Below are positions 45,432-54,099 of a stretch of DNA of 54,099 bases, one piece after another (the first letter of the stretch is position 1; the number at the start of each line of letters is the position of its first letter). Origin of the DNA: a virus (Duplodnaviria; Caudoviricetes); IMG/VR virus record IMGVR_UViG_3300005294_000001, positions 1 to 54,099 of that record, one strand, 5' to 3'. The position numbers and the translations under genes were made by a program. The notes under the pieces are model-generated. The model was given only the letters and a program-made list of their open reading frames with translations. It searched no databases and had not been told where the DNA came from.

Positions 45432-46085
45432 GTTGTGGTCCTGGGTATCGACTAGGTTTGACGCTTGCCCGTTATCGCATCGCATTGCAATCCAGGTAGT
45501 TGCGCAATGGGCTACTAAAGACAACCGATATTGTGCGAAATTTTGGGCGCGAGGCTAAGGAATCTCTTTTTTCCTGGTGGCGACCGTGGGGGCGGGTGGC
45601 ACCGGCAGGGGCGCTGCGACAGGGCGGGTGGTGCGTATATATGCATCTTTAATACACGTCGGTTATGGTAAAATTCAGGTAACCGGTTAGGTGTCTGGTT
45701 GGTTGATAGGGAGACCGGTCATCGGGTCGGAGGGCTTCACGTTTTTGGTAAACGCCGCCACAGGGAGTGGGTACCCCATGGTTTTAACGTTTCGATGACA
45801 CAGTTAGTTAGGCTCTAGTATTGAACGGTGAGCAGTTGGCGGGTGGACCTGCTGATTTCCCGCAATCAAGTTGGCGCGGCGAAGGTGCTTGGCGTATGGC
45901 TTGGTCTACTACCATCCCGCAGGTGCTTTCGCAGTCTGACAGGTCGGCGGCATTACTTTTCTCCCAGGGTGGTTAACCCTGCTTACACGGCTTGGGTGAG
46001 TCTGCATCGCATTTACAAAACAGGCGGCAGACGCCTTCCGGTTTGCCTAAGCGGTTTAGGGCTTCGGCATGAGCATGCACTTGTG

Positions 46086-46418
46086 TCAATGAACGCTTCG
46101 AGGCACTTCTGGCTTCGAAGATAAAAACGGTGGTGATTGTCGCCACTGGAAAGGCAGGTTACGGTCGTTGAGTTCTCGTTCTATTTGGCTATAGGGGATG
46201 TCGAATAGCCATTTGGAAACGGAGCGTGTGACTCCGATGAGTTCCCAGCGGTGGTTGCGCTGCCAGTAGGTGGCTTGGCCCTTGAAGTGGTGGTTTTTGT
46301 CAGAAGACACGGGCCGGAAGATGATGAGAGTTCGGGATTGGTCGGGGAGTTGGAATGGTGGTAACGGGGTGGTTTTGGGTTGCTTCACCTTGCCAAAGAC
46401 TTGTTCTAGGGTCTTCAT
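46086..46418 (-). CDS. hypothetical protein
   Basis: 110 aa; MKT start; downstream of a structured leader. Confidence 0.6.
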   Translation of the reverse strand: MKTLEQVFGKVKQPKTTPLPPFQLPDQSRTLIIFRPVSSDKNHHFKGQATYWQRNHRWELIGVTRSVSKWLFDIPYSQIERELNDRNLPFQWRQSPPFLSSKPEVPRSVH

Positions 46419-46671
46419 GGAAGGGTGGAAATTGGCGTCCCCGCTTTATCCAAGTTTCGGGCGGAAGCGTTGTCCGACGCTTCACTGATTTTGGACATCG
46501 CCCTATTGGTGGGGGACATAAAAAAATTCCCCCGGTGTGCTGGCACCGAGGGAGAAGTAGTCTTGGACAGACCTGAGTTTCCGACAGCTATTGCCGCCGA
46601 AATTCTTTGAAACCCAGTCGTCCATACGCCAGCACGCATATCCTGCTTATCGCATGGGTTTGGCTATCTGG

Positions 46672-48531
46672 TCAAGGGAAAGTTTTAACAATCGGCGGAT
46701 TTGAATGCCAGTTGTAGGGCAGATTCCACGTCATGCGGAGGGTTAAACCGTATGTGGCAGGGGTGTCTTGATAGGCTCCAATGTCCCAATAATCGCCACG
46801 GGGTTTGCCGTTTAAATCAGTGGTGAACAGGTGGTTAAGGTTGGTTCCGGCGACACTGGCTGGGGAACCGGTCTTGAGATGCCAGTTGTGGGTGAATGGT
46901 GAGGTATAGACGTTTGTCGGGTCTTGTACGGACTCACCGGGGCCGAAGTGCCAGCCGTAGATGGGTTCCTGGAACCACGCGAGAGCGGTATAGATGTTGT
47001 AGGATTGATTGGTCTTGCCTCCACCGGAGATGAGGTTGTTCTGGATGACGTAGTTGGAGGGGTTGGTGCCGGAGAACATGAAGATGGTGCCGTTGGGATT
47101 GTTGGCGAGGGTGTTGTTGTACCAACGGATTGGACCCCAAGTGCCGCCCCATTCGGAGATGCGATAATCTTTGCCGTTGGCGTCGATGATGTTGTTTCGG
47201 AAAGTGAGGTTGGCGGATTGCTCGTAGGTAAGGAGGGAGGTGCAATTGGAGACTGTGTTGGCGGAAATGATGACGTTGGTGGAATTGCCGTAGACAGAGA
47301 TGCCGTTGCCGTGAATACCGATTACTTCTTTGACGGTGTTGCCGTGGAGGAGGCCATTGGTGGCCGCGTTGAAGTAGATTCCGGTGCCATTGATGCGGTA
47401 GATGAGGTTATTGGTGATTTGTGCGCCTCGGGAACCGTTTACCAGCATCCCACGAGAGATGAGGGAGTCATGGATGGAGTTGTGGGAGACTATGGCGTTG
47501 GAGCCGCGCTCGATGTCGATGATTGGACCGGAATTGAAGGATTTGAAGAAATACAAGTTGTTGGAGGTGACGGTGACGTTGTGGGTTATCCAATCGGAAT
47601 TTCCGATAGCGGCGAATTGACCGGAATAGCCGTTTTCGTTGGGAGGTTGATAATAGCCGCGTGCTTCGAAGCCGGTGATTTTAACGTCATGCGCGAACCC
47701 TTGAAAGGCGCAGCCGCGTCGGGCAATGGCTATTTGGTTGGTGTTTGGGTTACCATTTCCGATTGGCCACAGGTAGATACGGTTTTGCGAGGTGCGAACG
47801 GCCCATTCTCCTTGGGTATCGATGAATTGCGGGTGGTTTATCAGGGCATAATAGCCGTTTCGGTCGGTGTAGGTGGGTGTGGAATTGGCAAATCGGATGG
47901 TATTTGAGGCTTGGACGTAATTGGTGATGGGACATACCACCGTGGAGTTGCCAGTTACCCAGACGGCAGTGAAACATTCATTGTAATAGCCGTTGGTTTG
48001 GGTGAGGTAGGTTTTGTCGCGTATCCAGGTAGTTGAAATGTTGGTAGGCTGGACAGGTCGCCACTCCGAAAGCACTTCCCAGAAGATTTTGTCGGTGGGA
48101 TCGGGTTCTTGGCTCCATTGGCAGAGATTGGTGCCGTTCCATAGCATGGTCGGAAGGCAGTTGGATATACCGGTGGGGATGGTGTTGCGCCATATTTTTG
48201 ACCAGTTGGTGGATCCGCCGCAATCGATAGCGTTGGTGCAGCGAATCCAAGGGTTGGTGATTAGGGTGGATCCGTCGAGTATGGCTTTTCCGCTGCCCCA
48301 AACAGATGTCCCGAAGTAAGAAACTCCAGAGCAAGCTGTGATATTTCCCCAATACACCACACCACCCTTGAAGGTGACGGTATCACCGGGAACAAGGTTG
48401 TCTCGGCAAGTCTTTCTCGGAGCGTTTGTGGAAGTTCCAGAATTTGTGTCGGATCCGGTTGCATAGTCTATGAAGTAGTTGGATGCATTCGAAGTCAGGC
48501 AGGAAAGCAATAGCAGAACAATCAGTTTCAT
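46672..48531 (-). CDS. Secreted right-handed parallel beta-helix protein (polysaccharide lyase/depolymerase-like)
   Basis: Signal peptide MKLIVLLLLSCLTSNA; YFIDYATGSDTNSGTSTNAP, PGDTVTFKGG, multiple I..N.I.N repeats, HLKTGSPA..AG...DLNG.PR...WDIGAYQ. Confidence 0.85.
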   Translation of the reverse strand: MKLIVLLLLSCLTSNASNYFIDYATGSDTNSGTSTNAPRKTCRDNLVPGDTVTFKGGVVYWGNITACSGVSYFGTSVWGSGKAILDGSTLITNPWIRCTNAIDCGGSTNWSKIWRNTIPTGISNCLPTMLWNGTNLCQWSQEPDPTDKIFWEVLSEWRPVQPTNISTTWIRDKTYLTQTNGYYNECFTAVWVTGNSTVVCPITNYVQASNTIRFANSTPTYTDRNGYYALINHPQFIDTQGEWAVRTSQNRIYLWPIGNGNPNTNQIAIARRGCAFQGFAHDVKITGFEARGYYQPPNENGYSGQFAAIGNSDWITHNVTVTSNNLYFFKSFNSGPIIDIERGSNAIVSHNSIHDSLISRGMLVNGSRGAQITNNLIYRINGTGIYFNAATNGLLHGNTVKEVIGIHGNGISVYGNSTNVIISANTVSNCTSLLTYEQSANLTFRNNIIDANGKDYRISEWGGTWGPIRWYNNTLANNPNGTIFMFSGTNPSNYVIQNNLISGGGKTNQSYNIYTALAWFQEPIYGWHFGPGESVQDPTNVYTSPFTHNWHLKTGSPASVAGTNLNHLFTTDLNGKPRGDYWDIGAYQDTPATYGLTLRMTWNLPYNWHSNPPIVKTFP

Positions 48532-48545
48532 ACGGGTTCGGATAC

Positions 48546-48577
48546 TAAAAACCCCCATAGAACAGCTATGAGGGTTC
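48546..48577 (-). terminator. intrinsic terminator after groES
   Basis: Minus strand AACCCTCATAG-ctgtt-CTATGGGGGTT followed by TTTA. Confidence 0.7.
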
Positions 48578-48611
48578 ACTGATGAATTACGTGCAGGTCC
48601 AATCCCGGAAT

Positions 48612-48893
48612 CTACACGTAAACTCCTAAGACTTGCGTGCCTTTAATCAGCTTCAAGCAGCGTTCACCTTCGTTTACTACGGTTCCAGTGTGTTGTGGGA
48701 CGATTACTCGGTCGCCAAGTGTGAATTCGAACGGGTGTTTATGGTCCCTTGACCCCATTCGGCGCACGATGGCTTCCACGGGGTAGGCTTGTGCATCTTC
48801 TGGCAGGTGGATGCCGTTTACCTTCTTGGTAAGTTGCAGTTCTACTAGCACGTCCCCGCGCTTTGGCTGAATGTTGGTGATTTTGTAGTTCAT
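48612..48893 (-). CDS. groES: co-chaperonin GroES (Cpn10)
   Basis: IQPKRGDVLVE...NGIHLPE......EAIVRRMG......GDRVIVPQHTGT.......LIKGTQVLGV. Confidence 0.88.
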   Translation of the reverse strand: MNYKITNIQPKRGDVLVELQLTKKVNGIHLPEDAQAYPVEAIVRRMGSRDHKHPFEFTLGDRVIVPQHTGTVVNEGERCLKLIKGTQVLGVYV

Positions 48894-50158
48894 TTCCGGT
48901 CCAATCCATCAATTTCCGCGAAGGCATCGGCTTCCCAATTTCCGTTTTTGACTACTTCCGCACCTTTAGCTGTCTTGCCTGCGGCAGGTTCGGATGATTC
49001 GTAGGCTTCCAAGGATTTCTTTAGTTCGGCATTCTCTGCGTGAGCCTTTTTCAAGTGCAACGCGAGTCGGTCGTGGTTGGCGGCTTTGTTACGGATGACA
49101 GCCATGCGGGATATTCGCTGATCCTCGGGGATTGACGAGTCTCCCCTAAATACTTGGTCCACATAATCCATTCCTTTATCGAAAATCGCGTTTCCTTCCT
49201 GATCGGTATCTTCGTGTCCGAACCACTTGGGATACTTGGTTTTGAGCTGTTCATTGGTCTGGTTGAGTATTTGGCTTACTTTTGCGTTGTGTTGTTCCTG
49301 CGACAGCTTCATTTGCTTCTCTCGCTCGCTGCCGGTGGTCTTGGCGTCGGCTATGGCTTTTTCCTGGGCTTCGGCTAAGTCCCTAATTCGCTCCACATGG
49401 CGTATGACTCGTGCGGCAGAGCGGCCAAACATGCTTTCAGCCCTTTCGTCCAGCGTCGATAACGGCGAATTTGCGAGCGCGAGTATGTCTTGCGGGGTTG
49501 CAGCCCTAGTGCTTCCATCTTCTTGCTGAACTTGCAACTGCTCGATTTCCCGCACGGCTTTGGTCCACGCTTCGTTGTAGGGCTTTTGGTATTTCTCGGT
49601 GAACTCGGGGTGTTTGACGTAGTTGGTGAATTTGAGTTCTTCTTTGAAGTCGTTGTTTTCTTTTTCGAGGGCTTGCAGCCTTTCGAGCAGCGGCTTGTTG
49701 TCAGCGGGTGGTTTGGTTTCATATTCTTTAACTTTGGTGGATAGTTCGGCTACGCGAGATTCGTATTCCTTGATCTTCTGCTTGGCACCGTCATAGGCGG
49801 CGCGCAGATCGGCGGCTTTAACTGGCTTTCCCGATGTCTCGGGAGCAGGGGAGGCAGATCCAGCATCCGTCTGAGACTCGGTAGAAGAATCCTTGGTATC
49901 CTTTTTGGCATCGGGTGCATGTTCCGCTGGTGTACGCTCCTGCCGATTCTGCGACGTTTTCTTCACCGCTTCCGACGGCTTCATGCCTTGGTCGATTGCG
50001 TCCAGTTCGGCAAAGGTGTCCCCGAACGCTCCGTCGCTTTCCGAGGAGGGAGACTCGGTGCGCGAGGGTGCCGGAACGTTCGGGGACTTGGGGGTGGGCG
50101 TCTGGGGAGAAGATGGTGCGCTTGGCGCGGCTGTAGGAGCTGATGCGAGTGCTGGCAT
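48890..50158 (-). CDS. putative capsid scaffolding protein
   Basis: P/A/S-rich N-terminus and long charged coiled coil; located just downstream of the portal. Confidence 0.65.
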   Translation of the reverse strand: MPALASAPTAAPSAPSSPQTPTPKSPNVPAPSRTESPSSESDGAFGDTFAELDAIDQGMKPSEAVKKTSQNRQERTPAEHAPDAKKDTKDSSTESQTDAGSASPAPETSGKPVKAADLRAAYDGAKQKIKEYESRVAELSTKVKEYETKPPADNKPLLERLQALEKENNDFKEELKFTNYVKHPEFTEKYQKPYNEAWTKAVREIEQLQVQQEDGSTRAATPQDILALANSPLSTLDERAESMFGRSAARVIRHVERIRDLAEAQEKAIADAKTTGSEREKQMKLSQEQHNAKVSQILNQTNEQLKTKYPKWFGHEDTDQEGNAIFDKGMDYVDQVFRGDSSIPEDQRISRMAVIRNKAANHDRLALHLKKAHAENAELKKSLEAYESSEPAAGKTAKGAEVVKNGNWEADAFAEIDGLDRK

Positions 50159-50172
50159 AGTGGTTTTTAGGT

Positions 50173-50436
50173 TTAGACTCCGGCTTGGTAGTTAAGTTTT
50201 TCGAACTTCTTTTCGATGGTTTCCGTTTGCTTTTCATGGATGGTTTTGAGGATGCGAACGAACTTCTGTGCTCCCATCATTTGGTAGTGGCTAGCGGCAT
50301 CTTCTGGCATCGAGCCTAGCAATTGCAATAGCGAGGAGTCGATTGCCTCGTCGAATACCGGCATCGCCAAGGCTTGCGCCCATTGGCTTGTTCGGATCTG
50401 GGATTGTTGGAACTTCTCTTTGGGTGATAGGATCAT
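50173..50436 (-). CDS. small protein between portal and scaffold
   Basis: 87 aa; a position typical of podovirus head modules. Confidence 0.65.
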   Translation of the reverse strand: MILSPKEKFQQSQIRTSQWAQALAMPVFDEAIDSSLLQLLGSMPEDAASHYQMMGAQKFVRILKTIHEKQTETIEKKFEKLNYQAGV

Positions 50437-52817
50437 TCGGTGGTTTCAGTTGGTGGTTCATTGGCTTGTTCGGCGGCGGTTACGGCCATGTCCTGCGCTG
50501 TTCGCATGGCTTGGTCCCTGAGTTCTTGTGCAGTAAATGCACCTTCGTGCTGTAGTTCCTGTGAAGTCTTTACGTTGGCGCGGCGTATGTCAGCATTGAG
50601 TTGTTTGTCCTTGCGCTGTTGTTCAAGTTCAAAAGATGCCTGCTTCTGCGCGGTCTTTTGTGCGTGGCTAGTCGTGGAGTTATGCGCCTTGGCCTGCGCC
50701 TGAATTATCATGCTCTGAACCTTTCCAGCAGTCAGTGCGGCTTCTCCGTTGCCGTTCTCGCCGTTGCCTTGCTGCGCCATTGCCTGCTGCTGTTCTTGGA
50801 CCTGTTGCGCCATGCCTTTAACGAGGTTCATCATTTGGCCAAGGATGTCAGCGTATTGCTTCAGGCGCGGTTGATCCTCATCTCCACCTCCAATTGCTTG
50901 CATGAATTTCTGGATATGCTGCCCAAGATTCCCTAGACCAACGACATCCTTCATCATCGGCATACCCGTCTGCTGCAACATATGGATAGTTGCACCCATA
51001 TCCTGCAACCAGACCTGAACGTAATCCTCAAACACCATCTGCGGCATGGGTTCGAACTGCAATCCGCGCAAGATTCGTTCGGTAGCAAGCTGCGCGTCAT
51101 GCTGCGACTTGCTGATCGGTTTCCCTGAATCGGTTGGTGCCAAATCTTCGGCTAAAGCGGGGTCGTCGGTGAATACTTCAACTGCAATGTGATCGACCCG
51201 TCGCTGTGCGTCAGGAGAGAGGAACTGACGCATTTGTAGGAGCTGGTTTGCCTGTGCAATCTCAAGAGTTTTATTTCCGCCACCGATAGTTCTTTCGGGT
51301 TCGATGTCCCAACGCTCGGAGTCGAGGTAGTCGGCGGGGACACCGGCAGAGAGACATGCTTTACGGAAGGCTTGGGTGTCTTTGTACGGTGAGTTTTTGA
51401 TGCAGAATCTTCGTGCGATTTCACGGTATTGGCTTGTTTGATAGATGTAAGCAAGATTGATCATCCCGCTAACCATCGTGTTGACTTGGTTGACTCTGGC
51501 CATCGTTTCCGTGGCAGTCATTTCCTTGCCACCCGATGCGCCACTTTCAAAATCCTGGACGTAGGATGCAGCATTCTCCGATAGAATCTGACGCATCATA
51601 CCTAGACCCATGTTTACTAGGTTTGGATCCGGTTTGAACCGTTCGTTGGACGGCACAAACGACACGCCTTGTGGAATAACACCCATGTGAGAGAAAACAG
51701 CCTTCTTTACGCGGTCGAAATCTTGCTGCCCTGCCGTGCGAAAGAACCAAAGCATCTGTTCAAACGTAGATTCTGTGAACTTGCATTGGAGTCGATTCAG
51801 CAAGTCCACCACACCCCACATCATCCAGCCAAGCGAACGGACGCTATGGTATTTTGGAGGTCCAACGGGTGAGCAATCTCCAAATTGACAGTGCAATATC
51901 TCAGAAAGCTTGCTGGAATATTGGCGTTTACCTGAAGTGTATAGAAAATTCTCCTGATTCTCCATCGAAGGAGATCCGCCTGTGCTGCGATAAGTTGAAA
52001 CCTCATCTTTTCCAAGATCCCAATCCAAAAATATTCGTCTATACCATCCCTTTCCGTCATCTGCCTCACGAAAGTAGCAATCCCAAACATCAATCGTAGG
52101 AACTGCGTCACTTCCCCAAAATCCTCCATCTTGCTTAATAAGTTCTTCTATTTTCTCTGGCATGTATTGGTAAGCTGACATATTCGTGTTTTTACGAACT
52201 TGTTCAGCTATGTATTTCAACTGACTTTTTACCAACTTCATGTTCCAACCGGGATCAACCTTGGGGCCGTGGGTCATCGAGTAGAGTTTGCTTGGGGTCC
52301 ACTCACGAAACACTGCGTAATATTCCAAATTGGAAAAGTCCAAATCCGTTTCCGATGGAATCAACAACGATGCAATTGGAATGGCGCATGGAATAGGATC
52401 CCGTCTGTCCTGCCATACCGTAGGTCCAATACCATGAAGCATTACCTGTGATCCGCTTGATCGGATCTGTTCCATCATTGGCTGTGAACGCTTAAGCCTG
52501 CGATTGATGTTACTGGTGATAATATGACTCCACTCCTGACGTTTATGAGCCGGTCCATCGTCCAAGGAAACCGTGAAGTAATTCCCTGGTTTCAGCAACG
52601 CACTGTGCCATTGTCTGCGTGCATCAGTGAGTAGCCGTGTTCCTTGAAGGAAGTTGCGATTAACTTCGACCGAATTTTCTTCCGCTTTACTGTTATCAAA
52701 GGGAGGTTCGCCATTATACGTCCGGTTTAGGACTGCCCTATTTTCCCCACGCGGCATGTCTGCAAGGCGCATATTCCATACGCATTCCGCTAACCTTCCG
52801 GCTGAATCGAATTTCAT
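50433..52817 (-). CDS. Portal protein (P22-like, long Gln-rich C-terminal barrel)
   Basis: 794 aa; YNGEPPF N-terminal motif, KEMTATE clip-region motif, Q-rich helical C-terminus. Confidence 0.8.
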   Translation of the reverse strand: MKFDSAGRLAECVWNMRLADMPRGENRAVLNRTYNGEPPFDNSKAEENSVEVNRNFLQGTRLLTDARRQWHSALLKPGNYFTVSLDDGPAHKRQEWSHIITSNINRRLKRSQPMMEQIRSSGSQVMLHGIGPTVWQDRRDPIPCAIPIASLLIPSETDLDFSNLEYYAVFREWTPSKLYSMTHGPKVDPGWNMKLVKSQLKYIAEQVRKNTNMSAYQYMPEKIEELIKQDGGFWGSDAVPTIDVWDCYFREADDGKGWYRRIFLDWDLGKDEVSTYRSTGGSPSMENQENFLYTSGKRQYSSKLSEILHCQFGDCSPVGPPKYHSVRSLGWMMWGVVDLLNRLQCKFTESTFEQMLWFFRTAGQQDFDRVKKAVFSHMGVIPQGVSFVPSNERFKPDPNLVNMGLGMMRQILSENAASYVQDFESGASGGKEMTATETMARVNQVNTMVSGMINLAYIYQTSQYREIARRFCIKNSPYKDTQAFRKACLSAGVPADYLDSERWDIEPERTIGGGNKTLEIAQANQLLQMRQFLSPDAQRRVDHIAVEVFTDDPALAEDLAPTDSGKPISKSQHDAQLATERILRGLQFEPMPQMVFEDYVQVWLQDMGATIHMLQQTGMPMMKDVVGLGNLGQHIQKFMQAIGGGDEDQPRLKQYADILGQMMNLVKGMAQQVQEQQQAMAQQGNGENGNGEAALTAGKVQSMIIQAQAKAHNSTTSHAQKTAQKQASFELEQQRKDKQLNADIRRANVKTSQELQHEGAFTAQELRDQAMRTAQDMAVTAAEQANEPPTETTE

Positions 52818-52872
52818 AGAATTAGGAAGCTACTGATTGGTTATACGCTTGAAAGTCAAGTGTGTCACTAGT

Positions 52873-53586
52873 TTAATTGCCATTCGCCATACTTTCCAGA
52901 TGCCGCTTTGTGGCTTTATCGGAACTGGCATAAAGTTCCGTATGCCTGTCCCAGACTAGGCAGTTCCGTTGGTTTCCATCCCTGAACCCGTGCCTTGGGA
53001 ATCTCCATCCCTCTATGTCATAGGTGACCTTCTCAGTTACGAGATAGGTTGGAAATCCGGCGTTGTGCGCCCAGAGTGAGAAATTCTCTGGCCCAAATTC
53101 GAACGCACCGGCATCTAGGCGCGTCAGGCATTGGTGCGGGTATTGGCGCATCACTTCAGGGCTGAACGCGATGCAGGGGGTGCGTAGATGCGGATTCTGC
53201 TCGTAGGAGCCGCTTACACCATAGACGCCTTTCCCGCATGATTCCGCGCATCTCACGATTGGTTCCAGCCATCCATTTCTCCAGAAATAGGTATGGGTAT
53301 TCAGTCCAACCACCAGATCACAAGGCTGTTTCCCACCGATATGCTGGTAAGTACCACAATCGAATCCTCCCCCCATGTCTGTTTCGTATCGGGATGCAAT
53401 CCCGTCGAATAAGCCATCATGGGTTTCACTTCCACAATTAACGACACAAAGTTCATGCGGGATAGTGGGTTTGAACTGTTGGTAGGTTTCCAAGAATCGT
53501 TTGGAAGATTGATCGTAATCCTTTGGCACCACGTATTTCGGGTCACTCTTGCGAATCACTCGGATGTATAGCAGGACAACTTTCAT
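52873..53586 (-). CDS. glycosyltransferase-like (GT-A / rhamnan-synthesis-like) protein
   Basis: HELCVVN, GGFDCGTYQ, LVVGLNTH....GWL, NPHLRT..FEFG; start MKVVLLY at 53586, coupled. Confidence 0.5.
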   Translation of the reverse strand: MKVVLLYIRVIRKSDPKYVVPKDYDQSSKRFLETYQQFKPTIPHELCVVNCGSETHDGLFDGIASRYETDMGGGFDCGTYQHIGGKQPCDLVVGLNTHTYFWRNGWLEPIVRCAESCGKGVYGVSGSYEQNPHLRTPCIAFSPEVMRQYPHQCLTRLDAGAFEFGPENFSLWAHNAGFPTYLVTEKVTYDIEGWRFPRHGFRDGNQRNCLVWDRHTELYASSDKATKRHLESMANGN

Positions 53587-54032
53587 GTAAGCATGAAATT
53601 CTTTCGGTTTGCATCCCGCCAATCTGAATCCACCAGAACCGGCTTAACACCTAAACTTTTGAAAAACGAATCCAGATAGAAATTTGTGTATAATAATGCG
53701 GCTTCATAGTCAAAGAAGTGAACTGGAACTCCTGTTTTTCTGCACTCCTTGATCACCTTTCCAATCTCATTCCTGCTTATATCAGGACTAAACTCGAATT
53801 CTCCATATCCGGTATTAAATCCCCTTCGGTAAACAGAAGCTTCTTGGCAAGATTTATCGCGTACCACCACAACTAAAGCGTCTGCGCCAGAGGGTGGAGT
53901 CGGATAACGACGCTCTGGAAAACTAAAGCAAGGAAATGACTCGCCCCATATTTCCAATTCTGGATGTTTCAACAATAGAGATTGAACCCAATTTCTTCCA
54001 GATCCTTCTAATGCGATTACGTTTATTTTCAT
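53583..54032 (-). CDS. sulfotransferase-like / P-loop fold protein
   Basis: ALEGSGRNWVQSLL.KHPE, LVVVVRDK, FFDYE; start overlaps the FkbM stop across the circular junction. Confidence 0.55.
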   Translation of the reverse strand: MKINVIALEGSGRNWVQSLLLKHPELEIWGESFPCFSFPERRYPTPPSGADALVVVVRDKSCQEASVYRRGFNTGYGEFEFSPDISRNEIGKVIKECRKTGVPVHFFDYEAALLYTNFYLDSFFKSLGVKPVLVDSDWRDANRKNFMLT

Positions 54033-54099
54033 TCTATATTCGTGTTCCTAAACAAAATGTCAGCTTCCCACTTCTTGACCACTTCCCAAGTTCCAGGTA
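53990..54099. repeat. Terminal direct repeat copy 2
   Basis: Identical to 1-110. Confidence 0.97.

Noticed and set aside
46924-47907. 327-aa plus-strand ORF
   Set aside because: Antisense shadow of the beta-helix gene; its V/G/D-rich composition mirrors AAC/ACC/ATC codons on the coding strand.
53990-54099. 110-bp terminal repeat as a biological direct terminal repeat
   Set aside because: It cuts through two coupled coding genes (FkbM stop and sulfotransferase-like start), so it is best explained as assembler overlap of a circular or permuted genome.
1-54099. CRISPR array, tRNA genes, integrase/att site, alternative genetic code
   Set aside because: No regularly spaced repeats, cloverleaf with T-loop consensus or recombinase motifs were seen by eye, and long genes are intact under the standard code. 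tRNAscan-SE and HMM searches would be needed to be certain.

Overview
This window is an apparently complete, circularly assembled dsDNA tailed-phage genome of about 53,989 bp. Bases 1-110 are repeated at 53990-54099, and an ATGA-coupled gene pair spans the junction. The gene set is podovirus-like: terminase large subunit, portal, scaffold, Cys-rich major capsid protein, tail adaptor/nozzle-like proteins and large internal/ejection proteins, with no tape measure or sheath. It also has a lambda-O-like replication initiator with internal iterons, Sak4-like/RecE-like recombination genes, a VRR-NUC nuclease, two DNA methyltransferases with atypical motifs, three HNH endonucleases and GroES. I recognised no integrase, DNA polymerase, tRNA, CRISPR array or endolysin. 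The Thr-Asn-rich secreted proteins and an 'STNL..W' domain suggest a Verrucomicrobia/PVC host (inference). The most notable features are: (1) a block of fibre/adhesin-type genes in the late operon whose products carry Sec-type signal peptides, next to a 3-2-1 array of CxxC-repeat proteins, with a glycan-modification cassette between terL and portal, suggesting virion parts matured outside the cytoplasm; (2) a sigma54-type promoter (-24/-12 element, IHF-like site, TGT-N10/11-ACA enhancer-like sites) in front of the putative early genes; (3) a Rep gene whose internal iteron motif recurs as an inverted repeat in its own promoter; (4) several structured non-coding RNA or attenuator candidates. All functional calls come from reading motifs by eye, without database searches.
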